Source of the DNA: an uncultured Planctomycetota bacterium
Lineage (GTDB): Bacteria; Planctomycetota; Phycisphaerae; UBA1845; UTPLA1
Length of the DNA: 64,000 nucleotides
Assembly (NCBI GenBank): GCA_900696465.1
Contig: CAADGE010000046.1
Location: 77,858-141,857, forward strand
Direction of reading: 5' to 3'
The position numbers and the translations under genes were made by a program. Positions within the stretch are counted from its first letter, which is position 1. Each line of letters opens with the position of its first letter. Shown in pieces: positions 37,219-45,694 of the stretch. A model generated the notes under the pieces. That model saw only the letters and a list, made by a program, of their open reading frames with translations, searched no databases and was not told where the DNA came from.

Positions 37219-38577
37219 ATGACAGCCATTCCATCGGTACTGGTGATCCTCATGGGCCTCTACGGATCGCCGCTCGCCGCCGCGGTCACGGACGACGGCG
37301 CGAATCCGACCCCGCAGAAGGTCAAAATGATGGTGGTTTCGGGCGATGCGTCCGCCTGCGATGATTCAAGCCCGAAGATCGTCAAGTGGACCTCGGCCTC
37401 TGGTCAGGGCGAGGTCGAGGTCGAGGGTGACGTTGTCTTCATGCAGCCAGACGGCAGCGGTCAACAGAAGCACGTCATCAAGCTACGACAGATGAATGCC
37501 GGCGGTCCGGCGGACATTCAGCCCGGCGGCCCCTGGCTGGGCGTCCAGTTCGGCCCGGTTCCCAAGGCCCTTTCGGCACAGTTGAATCTCCCGGCGGAAT
37601 CCGGCCAGATGATCCTCAATGTGGCCGAGGGTTCGCCCGCCGATCTTGCCGGCTTCCAGCAATATGACATTATCACGGCGATCGACGGCCAGCCGGCCTC
37701 GAGCAACATGACGGCCTTTCTCGAAGTCGTTCGGTCCTTCAATCCAAATGAGACGCACACCTTTTCGTTGCTTCGCGGAGGGCAGCAGGTCCAGGCGAAC
37801 GTGACGGTCGCGCAGCGACCCGCCCCCGAGGCCATGCCGAAGATGAAGTACGAGAACGAAATCGAAGAATTGTCGCGTGGTCGCGTGTTCGGCCGCGGCG
37901 GCATGATGGAGAAGGACGACCAGGGCAACTGGGTCTTCAAGGGTTTTGATGCCCACAACACGCCTGATTTCTTCAAGGCCCTGCCCGGTGTGACGGGCCT
38001 CGATTTCGACATCGCCCTGCCCGGCGGCTCGAATCAGATCTTCCTGCACAAGACCGAAGGCGAAGAAATCCGCATCACCCGGGAAGACGACGGCCAGGTT
38101 ACCGTCACTCGTACGGTGACGGAGAACGGCAAGGAAAGCACCACGACGACCACGTACGCCTCGGTTGAGGAATTCAAGGCCCAGGAGCCGGAACTGAGCA
38201 AGAAGTTCAAGTTCCTTGACAAGGGCGCCGGCTTCCACTTCCTCGGGAATATCGGCGATGCCGGTGACTGGCAGCAGTTCTCCCAGCTGCTGGACGAGCA
38301 GATGCAGGCCAAGATTCAGGAGAGTCTGAGCAAGCTGCACAATCTCGACGTCAACATGGACCTCAGCGGGCTGGATCACCTGCCGCGCGTGGGAGTCTTC
38401 ATGGGTCGCCCGTCGACGCGATTCGAGGTCACGCCCGAAGGTCAGATCAAGGTCACGACCCGCAGCGGCGAGGATGAGCTGGTCGAGATTTTCAACAATG
38501 TTCAGGAGCTTGAAACGCAGCGGCCCGATCTCTATCAGCGCTACCAGCGCTTCCAGGAGCGTGCCTCTCGGCAATAG
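37219..38577 (+). CDS. secreted PDZ-domain protein
   Basis: RBS-like AAAGGGAGAG before ATG 37219; signal peptide MTAIPSVLVILMGLYGSPLAAA; PDZ core PWLGVQFGPVP...GQMILNVAEGSPADLAGFQQYDIITAIDGQP. No protease catalytic motifs are visible. Confidence 0.7.
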   Translation: MTAIPSVLVILMGLYGSPLAAAVTDDGANPTPQKVKMMVVSGDASACDDSSPKIVKWTSASGQGEVEVEGDVVFMQPDGSGQQKHVIKLRQMNAGGPADIQPGGPWLGVQFGPVPKALSAQLNLPAESGQMILNVAEGSPADLAGFQQYDIITAIDGQPASSNMTAFLEVVRSFNPNETHTFSLLRGGQQVQANVTVAQRPAPEAMPKMKYENEIEELSRGRVFGRGGMMEKDDQGNWVFKGFDAHNTPDFFKALPGVTGLDFDIALPGGSNQIFLHKTEGEEIRITREDDGQVTVTRTVTENGKESTTTTTYASVEEFKAQEPELSKKFKFLDKGAGFHFLGNIGDAGDWQQFSQLLDEQMQAKIQESLSKLHNLDVNMDLSGLDHLPRVGVFMGRPSTRFEVTPEGQIKVTTRSGEDELVEIFNNVQELETQRPDLYQRYQRFQERASRQ

Positions 38578-38677
38578 TTCAATCTATTAAGAAATATGCG
38601 TGAGACTCTTCCGTCGGCGTCGCTTATTCATGTAGCACACGACGGCATCCACTCGACTCCCACTCCACCCTGTCACT

Positions 38678-38706
38678 GGGTCGGCTTCGCCAAACGAAGC
38701 CGGCCC
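38678..38706. terminator. 12-bp stem hairpin between convergent genes (terminator candidate)
   Basis: GGGTCGGCTTCG / CGAAGCCGGCCC with loop CCAAA and one G-T wobble. No clean U-tract. Confidence 0.35.
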
Positions 38707-38900
38707 ATTGACGTTTATGGCGACCGCTTCCTTCGTAAGAGAAAACCGTGCGGCAGATCACCAACGTTTAACGGCCGCGAGCGGCTGCGAGACCCACTGG
38801 GTCTGGCGCTGCTGGCGGCCGTTACATGTTGTTCACTCAGCTCAGCTCGCCGAGTTACTGGATTAACTCAAAGCGGCGATCGGGTCGCTTGCACGACGTC

Positions 38901-39905
38901 TCACGCCGCGAGGAAATCTTCCTGTAGTTTGCTGCGAAGCTTCTGCAGGGCACGGTTCTGAATCTGCCGGACACGTTCCTTCGTCACGCCGATCAGCAGG
39001 CCGACCTGCTCAAGCGTCTTTGGGCCTTCTCCGTCCATGCCTTCGACCTGTCCCAGGGCGAAGCGTGCCTGCAGAACGCGTGCCTCCACCTCGTTGAGGT
39101 CCGCTGTATTGCGTTCGAGAATGCAGCGCAGCTCGTCCACGCAATCGGCCTCCGCTTCGACCCGCTGCAACTCAAGGTGGTCGCTTCGCTCCAGCGACGG
39201 GTCGAACTCCGTCGGGAAGCGACCGCGATACCTGCTTGACCGCGAGGCGACGCGCGAAAAGCTCTTGAGGATCGCGCGGCAGGCGTAGGTGCTGAACTTG
39301 AAGCCGCGGCCGCAGTCAAACTTATCCACGCTTCGCAGCAGGGCCATGTTGCCCTCGCTGATCAGCTCGGCGTAGTCCACGCTGCCCAGGCGGGTGCGCT
39401 TGGCCATCGCCAGTACGAGCGGCACGTTTGCCTGAACAATCTCGCAGCGGGCGGTAATCGCCTCGGCATGCCAGCCAAGCAGCTCCTCGGCGGCCTTGGC
39501 CGTCAGTCGTTTCGTGGCGAAACGTTGCAGGATGGTGGCCATGCGGAAGCGCGCGTAGTTCATCCGCAAAAACAACTGCTGCTCTTTCTCGGTCGTCAGC
39601 GTTGCGGCGGGCATCGCCGAATGATCCGTGGGCTGACTCGGCTCCGATGCATTGCACCAGGGCTTGGCGCTCACGCCGCGACCGTTCGCCTCGCCATAGA
39701 AGTCCTTCACTGCGTGCAGACCGTCAAACTTCGGATGGACCAGGTACTCGATGGGCTCGGAAAGGATTCGGCGAAGTCGCAGTCGATCCTCCGGCGAGAA
39801 GCGTTCGAGTACGGCCTGGACCGGACTTCGAGCCGTGGGTGTAAAGACGGTGCGGTTGAGGGTGACCGTGGCGTCGTTCTCAGGGGTGTGAGCAGGATTT
39901 GTCAT
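38901..39905 (-). CDS. sigma-70 family RNA polymerase sigma factor (group-3-like) with a ~130-aa N-terminal extension
   Basis: Region 2 LVLAMAKRTRLGSVDYAELISEGNMALLRSVDKFDCGRGFKFSTYACRAILKSF (lacks the housekeeping WW dyad). Region 4 TLEQVGLLIGVTKERVRQIQNRALQKLR. Start ATG 39905. Confidence 0.8.
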   Translation of the reverse strand: MTNPAHTPENDATVTLNRTVFTPTARSPVQAVLERFSPEDRLRLRRILSEPIEYLVHPKFDGLHAVKDFYGEANGRGVSAKPWCNASEPSQPTDHSAMPAATLTTEKEQQLFLRMNYARFRMATILQRFATKRLTAKAAEELLGWHAEAITARCEIVQANVPLVLAMAKRTRLGSVDYAELISEGNMALLRSVDKFDCGRGFKFSTYACRAILKSFSRVASRSSRYRGRFPTEFDPSLERSDHLELQRVEAEADCVDELRCILERNTADLNEVEARVLQARFALGQVEGMDGEGPKTLEQVGLLIGVTKERVRQIQNRALQKLRSKLQEDFLAA

Positions 39906-40164
39906 TTGGCCGACTCCCGCGGCCTCCAAGGGCCGCTGTTTCGATTGCCAGGCAAAGCACAGCCATTTGACGATGGGGGACGGTCGCTCCGGCACCGCGT
40001 ACCGGAAAACCGCGACGCACCGTCGGTGTGCGAGGCAATCGACGTCAACTCTAGCTGGCTGGTCTCAGGCAAACGCTCGCTCTGGCCGTCTGCCCAAGCC
40101 ATCGGGCCCGCCAATGAGGACCGATGTCGGGGAGGGAGTAAATCGGGTCACTGCAGACAATGTC

Positions 40165-40192
40165 GAATATAGCACGGGAAAACAAGTAGGCA
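40165..40192 (-). promoter_or_regulatory. sigma-70-like promoter candidate for the sigma-factor gene
   Basis: On the minus strand: TTGCCT (40192-40187), 16-nt spacer, TATATT (40170-40165). It sits within an AT-rich island and would give a ~250-nt leader. Pattern match only. Confidence 0.3.
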
Positions 40193-40457
40193 AATTTCGG
40201 CTAACGATAAATGTTTCAGGAATGGGACTGAATCCTCTCGGATCGTCCATAACACGTTATTTGAAAAGTGTTAGCGAATATATCGGGTCTGCAACGAATT
40301 TCCAGAATGTTACAATTATTCTTTTTTATAACAGGACTAGTAACTCTGCTTATTGTAATGTGTGCCTATTGCACCGAAAACGACTCCTGCATCATTTTCC
40401 CCAATCGGGAAATATTTACCAGACATGTGCGGTTGCTCGAACATACCCAATCCCGGT

Positions 40458-40859
40458 TCAGTCGCGACAACCGTTGCGAGGCAGGTATGCACTCAGGAGA
40501 TCAAGTGTCGAGGGCTGGTTGATCGCTGCTTTTCCGAAACCAGGAATACCGCCCGCGGCGACGGACATCGCCTGCGCTTCCGCGAAATTGCTGACCATCA
40601 TGATCGGAATATCGGCGAGATCCGGCTCTCGACGGGCTCCTCGAAGAAGTTCCATCCCATCGCTGCCGTCGGCAAAGATGAGCCGATTGAACAGCACCAG
40701 GTCATATGACTTTTGCCGCATCCTCGACAGGGCATCATCGACGAACATGACCCGATCAACCTCGACCCGAAAATGGGTCGTCAGCATCAACCGAATGCTG
40801 GAATGATCCGGGTCGCAGTTGCCGACATCCAGCACACGGGCAACATTCGCATCGCCCAT
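40458..40859 (-). CDS. stand-alone CheY-like receiver-domain protein with an atypical acidic pocket
   Basis: GGAGAAAGA RBS before ATG 40859. Receiver-like layout (...DLVLFNRLIF.DGSDG..LL...R......IPIMMVS...GFGKA) retains Ser and Lys, but the expected DD pair and phospho-acceptor Asp positions appear to be substituted. Confidence 0.62.
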   Translation of the reverse strand: MGDANVARVLDVGNCDPDHSSIRLMLTTHFRVEVDRVMFVDDALSRMRQKSYDLVLFNRLIFADGSDGMELLRGARREPDLADIPIMMVSNFAEAQAMSVAAGGIPGFGKAAINQPSTLDLLSAYLPRNGCRD

Positions 40860-41030
40860 TCTTTCTCCTTTGCCGTTTCCGAAGCGGACATTGCCGACCC
40901 GTGGCGCGGCGGGTAGAGTGACGCCGACGGTCCGCCAGATGCGGTTGACCGCTCTCTCGGCCATTATAACGGGCCGGTCTCGCAGAAGCTTTACCTGCTG
41001 CCCGGCAGCAAGGGAACGAGTCCTGCCCGC

Positions 41031-42227
41031 ATGAGCGGATCGATGCGATTATCGCAGCGCGTCAATCAGATCAAGGAGTCCGCCACGCTGGCGGTCACAG
41101 CCCGGGCTGCCGAGATGCGCAAGTCCGGGATCGACGTACTGGGCTTCGGTGCCGGCGAGCCGGACTTTGACACGCCCGCTCACATCATCGCCGCCTGCAA
41201 GCAGGCCCTCGACGCCGGGCATACGCGATACGCCAAGCCGACGCACGGTATTCCCGAGGCCCGCGCAGCGGTCTGCGAGAAGCTTCGCCGTGACAACGGC
41301 CTCAATTATAAGCCGGACCAGGTCATCATCACGGTCGGCGCGAAGGAGGCGCTCTTTCTCGCTTTTGCCGCGCTGATTGATCCCGGCGACGAGGTAATTC
41401 TCCCGGCGCCTTACTGGGTCAGCTTCCCGGAGCAGGTCAGTTTCTGCGGCGGCCGGGTGGTCACGATCTTGGGCGATGAGGCAGGCGGTCTGCGAATCAG
41501 TCCTCGACAACTAGCCGACGCCATCACGACGCGCACGCGGGTTGTTCTCTTCAACAGCCCGTCGAACCCCGGCGGCTTTGCCTACTCGCCCGAGGAGACC
41601 CGCGCGCTCGCGGCCGTGCTTTCCGGGAAGGACCTCATCGTCTTCTCTGACGAGATGTACGACTGTCTTCGCTTCGGAGACCGACGGGAGCATCTCAGCT
41701 TCGCCGCCATCAGTGACGAGTGGTATGCAAAGACGATCACTTTCAATGCCGCCAGTAAGTCCCACGCCATGACCGGTTGGCGGGTAGGGTATGCCGCCGG
41801 GCCGCAGGAAATCATCAACGCCATGGCCCGCATCCAATCCCACACCACCAGCGGCACGGCCACGTTCATTCACCATGCCCTCGTTGAGGCCCTAGTCGGG
41901 GATCAATCGCACGTCGAGACGATGCGACAGGAGTTCGAGCGTCGCGGCCGCAGGATGTACGAGCGCCTCTGCGCCATGCAGGGCGTCACCTGCGTCCGCC
42001 CGGATGGGGCGTTTTACTGTTTCCCGAATGTCTCGGGTGCGTTCGCCCGGCTGGGTGTGACCAACTCCGGCGAGTTCTGCAAGAAGGTGCTCGAACAGGC
42101 ACACGTCGCCCTTGTGCCCGGCGACGCCTTCGGCATGGATACGCACGTACGTCTCTCGTTCGCGACGGATCCGAAAACCATAGAAGAGGGGCTAGACCGC
42201 CTCGAAAAACTGCTCGGGCGACGATAA
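41031..42227 (+). CDS. pyridoxal-phosphate-dependent aspartate aminotransferase (class I)
   Basis: ESATLAVTARAAEMRKSGIDVLGFGAGEPDFDTP, NSPSNPGG, and the PLP-Lys region FNAASKSHAMTGWRVGY. Confidence 0.9.
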   Translation: MSGSMRLSQRVNQIKESATLAVTARAAEMRKSGIDVLGFGAGEPDFDTPAHIIAACKQALDAGHTRYAKPTHGIPEARAAVCEKLRRDNGLNYKPDQVIITVGAKEALFLAFAALIDPGDEVILPAPYWVSFPEQVSFCGGRVVTILGDEAGGLRISPRQLADAITTRTRVVLFNSPSNPGGFAYSPEETRALAAVLSGKDLIVFSDEMYDCLRFGDRREHLSFAAISDEWYAKTITFNAASKSHAMTGWRVGYAAGPQEIINAMARIQSHTTSGTATFIHHALVEALVGDQSHVETMRQEFERRGRRMYERLCAMQGVTCVRPDGAFYCFPNVSGAFARLGVTNSGEFCKKVLEQAHVALVPGDAFGMDTHVRLSFATDPKTIEEGLDRLEKLLGRR

Positions 42228-42245
42228 CCCGCTTCCCGCCTGAAC

Positions 42246-43886
42246 TCATGCTGTAAACTTCTGTTGCCTCGCACGCAGGCGGCTTCTCGCCGCGATAAAT
42301 GCGACTGCCGCCACGCACAACCACGCGAAGACATCCCCAAAGCGCGTATAAAACGTCGTGATGTTCAGCGGATGCACGTCACCGAGGATGACCGCCGGCT
42401 CCTGCATCGGCGCCTGCGATATGACCACGCCGATCGGAGAAATGATCGCCGTCGAACCGGTAGTCGTCGCCCGCAGCAGGTAGCGACGGTTTTCGATGGT
42501 TCGCATCACTGCCAGGTGCTGATGCTGCCGCAGCGCCATGCTGTCGCCGAACCAGGCGTCGTTTGTCAGGTTCACAAGCACTTCGGCACCGGCCGAAACG
42601 GAAACACGATTCAGCCCCGGCAGCAGGTCTTCGTAACAAATGCAGATTCCCAGTCGAGCCGTTCCTTCCATGACCAGCGGCTCGGCGGATTCGCCCGCCT
42701 CGAACGCAAACTCCCACGGCGAGAAGCGCCGCATCGAGGGAAACCATCGCTCGCCCGGTATGTACTCGCCGAATGGGATCAGCGTCCGTTTGTGATAACG
42801 GGCAAGGATTTTTTCCACAGGCGAGATCAGCATCGCGCTGTTGAAGTGCCGCTCGGGTTCGAGCAGAAAGCTGTCTCCACCGACCAGATAATATGCCCGC
42901 GGGCCGATCAGCGGACTTTCCGGATCGCGCCCTTCTTCTTCCAACTGCTGAGCGGATCGGAAATCGTCAAACTCCATCGAGAGGGCGCCGATCGCCGATT
43001 CCGGCCAGACGATGAGCTGTACGTCTTCGGGCAGGTTCTTCGAGAGCTGCATGCAGGCACGAAGTCGTTCCCGCCCCATGGTGCCGGGCTGGATCAATGC
43101 AACCCGCAGGACCGGCGAAGCGGCCATCGCCTGCTCGATGGTTCTGATCCGCACCAATCCGTAGACAACTGTCAGGGTAACGGCCGCGGCAAAACCGGTC
43201 AGATGCCATCGCAACGACACTGGTGTGAACGCTGGTGCGCCTCCGGCCTTCCTTTGCTGTTTCGCCCCTGAACCTGGACGTGCCATCCACACGCCGGCCA
43301 ACACGACATGGAACAATGTGCCCCCCCAGACGACCAGAAACGTCGGCCCGAAGGCGCCGGTCCATTCGGCGAGCTGCACCAGGACCGGAAACTGCAAGAG
43401 GGCCTGCCCAAGGCGGTATGGAAAGAGACTGGGCCAGAGAAACTCCAGCGCCGTCCAGACGACCGGCAACAGCAGGATGCCCGGACGATCTCCACGAAGC
43501 CGTGCGACGATCCAGCCGGCCAGTCCGTAGCGCACCGCACCAAGTGCGTGAAGCGCAAGAATCAATGTCCACGCCAGTGCGGGCGGATGTCTGGCAAATC
43601 GTTCGAGAACGTCCGGCAGCCAGTGGGCACCTGCGGTATGCATCGCGTAGCCCACAAGCCACATGCGCCAGAAAATCTGCCGCGGCGTACCCCGCGATGT
43701 GATGGCGGCCATACCGGCGACAGAGAGCCAGATCGTCCAGCCGAGCGATGGCCAGAGCCACGGCAGACACATCGCTGCCCCGATCACAATGCAGGACAGC
43801 GCCACGAGCAAACGCGATCGCAGCGGCGGCCGTTCCTTCGACGCCACCGGGCGGACTTCCATTGTCTTGCGGTGCCTTTTCGCCAT
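42246..43886 (-). CDS. lnt: apolipoprotein N-acyltransferase
   Basis: N-terminal polytopic membrane domain plus a CN-hydrolase domain with WPE, ICYEDLLPG (catalytic Cys) and VNLTNDAWFG. Start ATG 43886 (MAKRHRK...). Confidence 0.85.
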   Translation of the reverse strand: MAKRHRKTMEVRPVASKERPPLRSRLLVALSCIVIGAAMCLPWLWPSLGWTIWLSVAGMAAITSRGTPRQIFWRMWLVGYAMHTAGAHWLPDVLERFARHPPALAWTLILALHALGAVRYGLAGWIVARLRGDRPGILLLPVVWTALEFLWPSLFPYRLGQALLQFPVLVQLAEWTGAFGPTFLVVWGGTLFHVVLAGVWMARPGSGAKQQRKAGGAPAFTPVSLRWHLTGFAAAVTLTVVYGLVRIRTIEQAMAASPVLRVALIQPGTMGRERLRACMQLSKNLPEDVQLIVWPESAIGALSMEFDDFRSAQQLEEEGRDPESPLIGPRAYYLVGGDSFLLEPERHFNSAMLISPVEKILARYHKRTLIPFGEYIPGERWFPSMRRFSPWEFAFEAGESAEPLVMEGTARLGICICYEDLLPGLNRVSVSAGAEVLVNLTNDAWFGDSMALRQHQHLAVMRTIENRRYLLRATTTGSTAIISPIGVVISQAPMQEPAVILGDVHPLNITTFYTRFGDVFAWLCVAAVAFIAARSRLRARQQKFTA

Positions 43887-43999
43887 GTGCAGGGCCGGCG
43901 AGAATAATCGGACGCAGGGCGAACTCGCAAGCAGTTGATCTGATGAAAGCGGCAAGCCCGTAACCGGCGAAGGATGGAGCGGCGCTGTACCATGGGCAC

Positions 44000-45694
44000 A
44001 TGCAGATAGACAAACAGGGCAGCACGGTGGCAAACTCTCGCACGCCACGCCTCGCGAGCGCCGCATGGCCCGGCGTGCTGATGGTCTGCATCTTCGCGAT
44101 GCCGTTCGTGATCATCTCGCAGTTCATCGCCCACTACGAAGACGCGGTCGTGGATGACGATCTCTTCGCCTACTTCGGCTGGTGCATCCGCGAGGGCGCC
44201 GTTCTTTACCGGGACCTTTGGGACCACAAGCCGCCGGGCGTCTTCTGGCTGAACGCAGCCGGCTTTCTCGCGGGTGACACGACCGGCGTTTTCGTAATCG
44301 GCGTATTGACGCAGCTTGCAACGCTCGGCCTGTTCATCACTGCTTCGTATCTGCTCTTTCATCGTGGCGCGGCGGCGATCCTGTCGGCGACGGCGGTCGT
44401 GTTTCTGACGCATCGCCACTACTTCGGCGGCGCGAACCGTGGCGAGACGTATGTCGTCGCGCTCGAATTGTTGCTGCTCGTCTGCTGCCTGCTGGCCATG
44501 CGTCGGGATCGATTCGTGGGGTGGCTGTTCGGCGGTGCCTGTGGTGGCGCGGCCCTGCTCATGAAGCAGACCGGCTTCGCCGCGCTGATCGCCATCCTGC
44601 TGCATCAGGCGATCCTCGTCTGGTCAGGCCGAATCGATCGCAGCGCCGCGCTGCGTCGCGTCATGTTCTTGCTGGGCGGTGCAGCCGCCGTTGTCGCCAT
44701 CGCAGCAACTGTGCTCGCCATCCAGTCCACGCTTGGCGAGGCCGTGCGGGCCACACTGACCGCGAACCGCGATTACATCGCCCTCGGGGGCGATGGCCCC
44801 TCGGATTCGAGCTGGTGGCGGGATAGGATCGAGCGATCCGGATGGCCGCTGCTCAAGCTTCCGATCCTGCTGGCCGTCGGCTCCCTGCTACATGCCCTGG
44901 CGAAATTGCTGCACGGTCCCCGCCGACAAGCCGTGTCTTCGACCAACAAATGTGACATGCCGATGGCACTTCTCTCGATCTGGCTGGTTGTCTCATGGGC
45001 CGCGGCGCTGGCCGGCCCGATGCACAGCACGCACTACATGCTGCCGGTTCTGCCGCCGCTCCTGCTGCTTGGAGGGCGAATACTCGATCTGCTCTTCGGC
45101 GAAGCGGCGATCCTTCAGCTCGCCGCGCAACGGGCGTGGATCATTGTGGCGGTCCTGGTGTTTGCCTACCTGGCTTCGGACGCTGTGTCGGCTCAAATGC
45201 AGAAGGCGAGCGTCGTCTATTGGGACCGTCGGCCCGAGCGCGTTGGAGTACATCTGCGCGTGCAGCCCACGGCCGCTGAAATGATCGCACAGCGGATCGC
45301 AGAATGTACGGTGCCCGATGACACGTTGATCTGCTGGGACTACCTGCCGAAGGTGGCGCTGGAGGCGCGACGTCGCAGCGCGACGCGGTTTCCCTCGAAG
45401 CTGCACTATGATATCGCGGTACGGAGCGGCATTGCTCAGGAGGATGAGTACCTCGATGCCATCGTTCGGCACGCGCCAGCCGTCATCGTCCTCAAGAGCG
45501 CCACGCGGCGCGTGCTCGAAACCGCGGCGGAAAACCCCTCTGCCGAGGATCACGCCGTGGCCAGACACATTTTTTCGGTATATGCCTGTCGACCGCAATG
45601 GACGCGGGGCGATATCGAATTGCTGATACTTGCAACGAAGCCGGCCATCGAAGGCGAAGTGAAATCCGCCGGCGGTCAGTTTCTGTCGAGGTAA
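44000..45694 (+). CDS. GT-C fold membrane glycosyltransferase (ArnT/PMT, family 39/83-like)
   Basis: N-terminal DDDLFAYFGWCIREGAVLYRDLWDHKPPG motif typical of ArnT/PMT-like enzymes, ~10 TM helices, and a soluble C-terminal domain. Confidence 0.7.
   Translation: MQIDKQGSTVANSRTPRLASAAWPGVLMVCIFAMPFVIISQFIAHYEDAVVDDDLFAYFGWCIREGAVLYRDLWDHKPPGVFWLNAAGFLAGDTTGVFVIGVLTQLATLGLFITASYLLFHRGAAAILSATAVVFLTHRHYFGGANRGETYVVALELLLLVCCLLAMRRDRFVGWLFGGACGGAALLMKQTGFAALIAILLHQAILVWSGRIDRSAALRRVMFLLGGAAAVVAIAATVLAIQSTLGEAVRATLTANRDYIALGGDGPSDSSWWRDRIERSGWPLLKLPILLAVGSLLHALAKLLHGPRRQAVSSTNKCDMPMALLSIWLVVSWAAALAGPMHSTHYMLPVLPPLLLLGGRILDLLFGEAAILQLAAQRAWIIVAVLVFAYLASDAVSAQMQKASVVYWDRRPERVGVHLRVQPTAAEMIAQRIAECTVPDDTLICWDYLPKVALEARRRSATRFPSKLHYDIAVRSGIAQEDEYLDAIVRHAPAVIVLKSATRRVLETAAENPSAEDHAVARHIFSVYACRPQWTRGDIELLILATKPAIEGEVKSAGGQFLSR

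Noticed and set aside
40150-40457. AT-rich islands (also 26860-27245, 48229-48480 and 58560-59285), considered as possible horizontally acquired or mobile-element remnants
   Set aside because: They have no flanking direct or inverted repeats, and no integrase, transposase or tRNA genes lie nearby. All coincide with upstream regions of genes, so they are more simply explained as promoter or leader regions.
39967-40806. 279-aa plus-strand ORF spanning the AT-rich island
   Set aside because: Its 3' half is antisense to the receiver-domain gene. Its 5' part runs through the sigma gene's upstream region. It has no RBS and no motif, and the mixed composition is consistent with a chance ORF.
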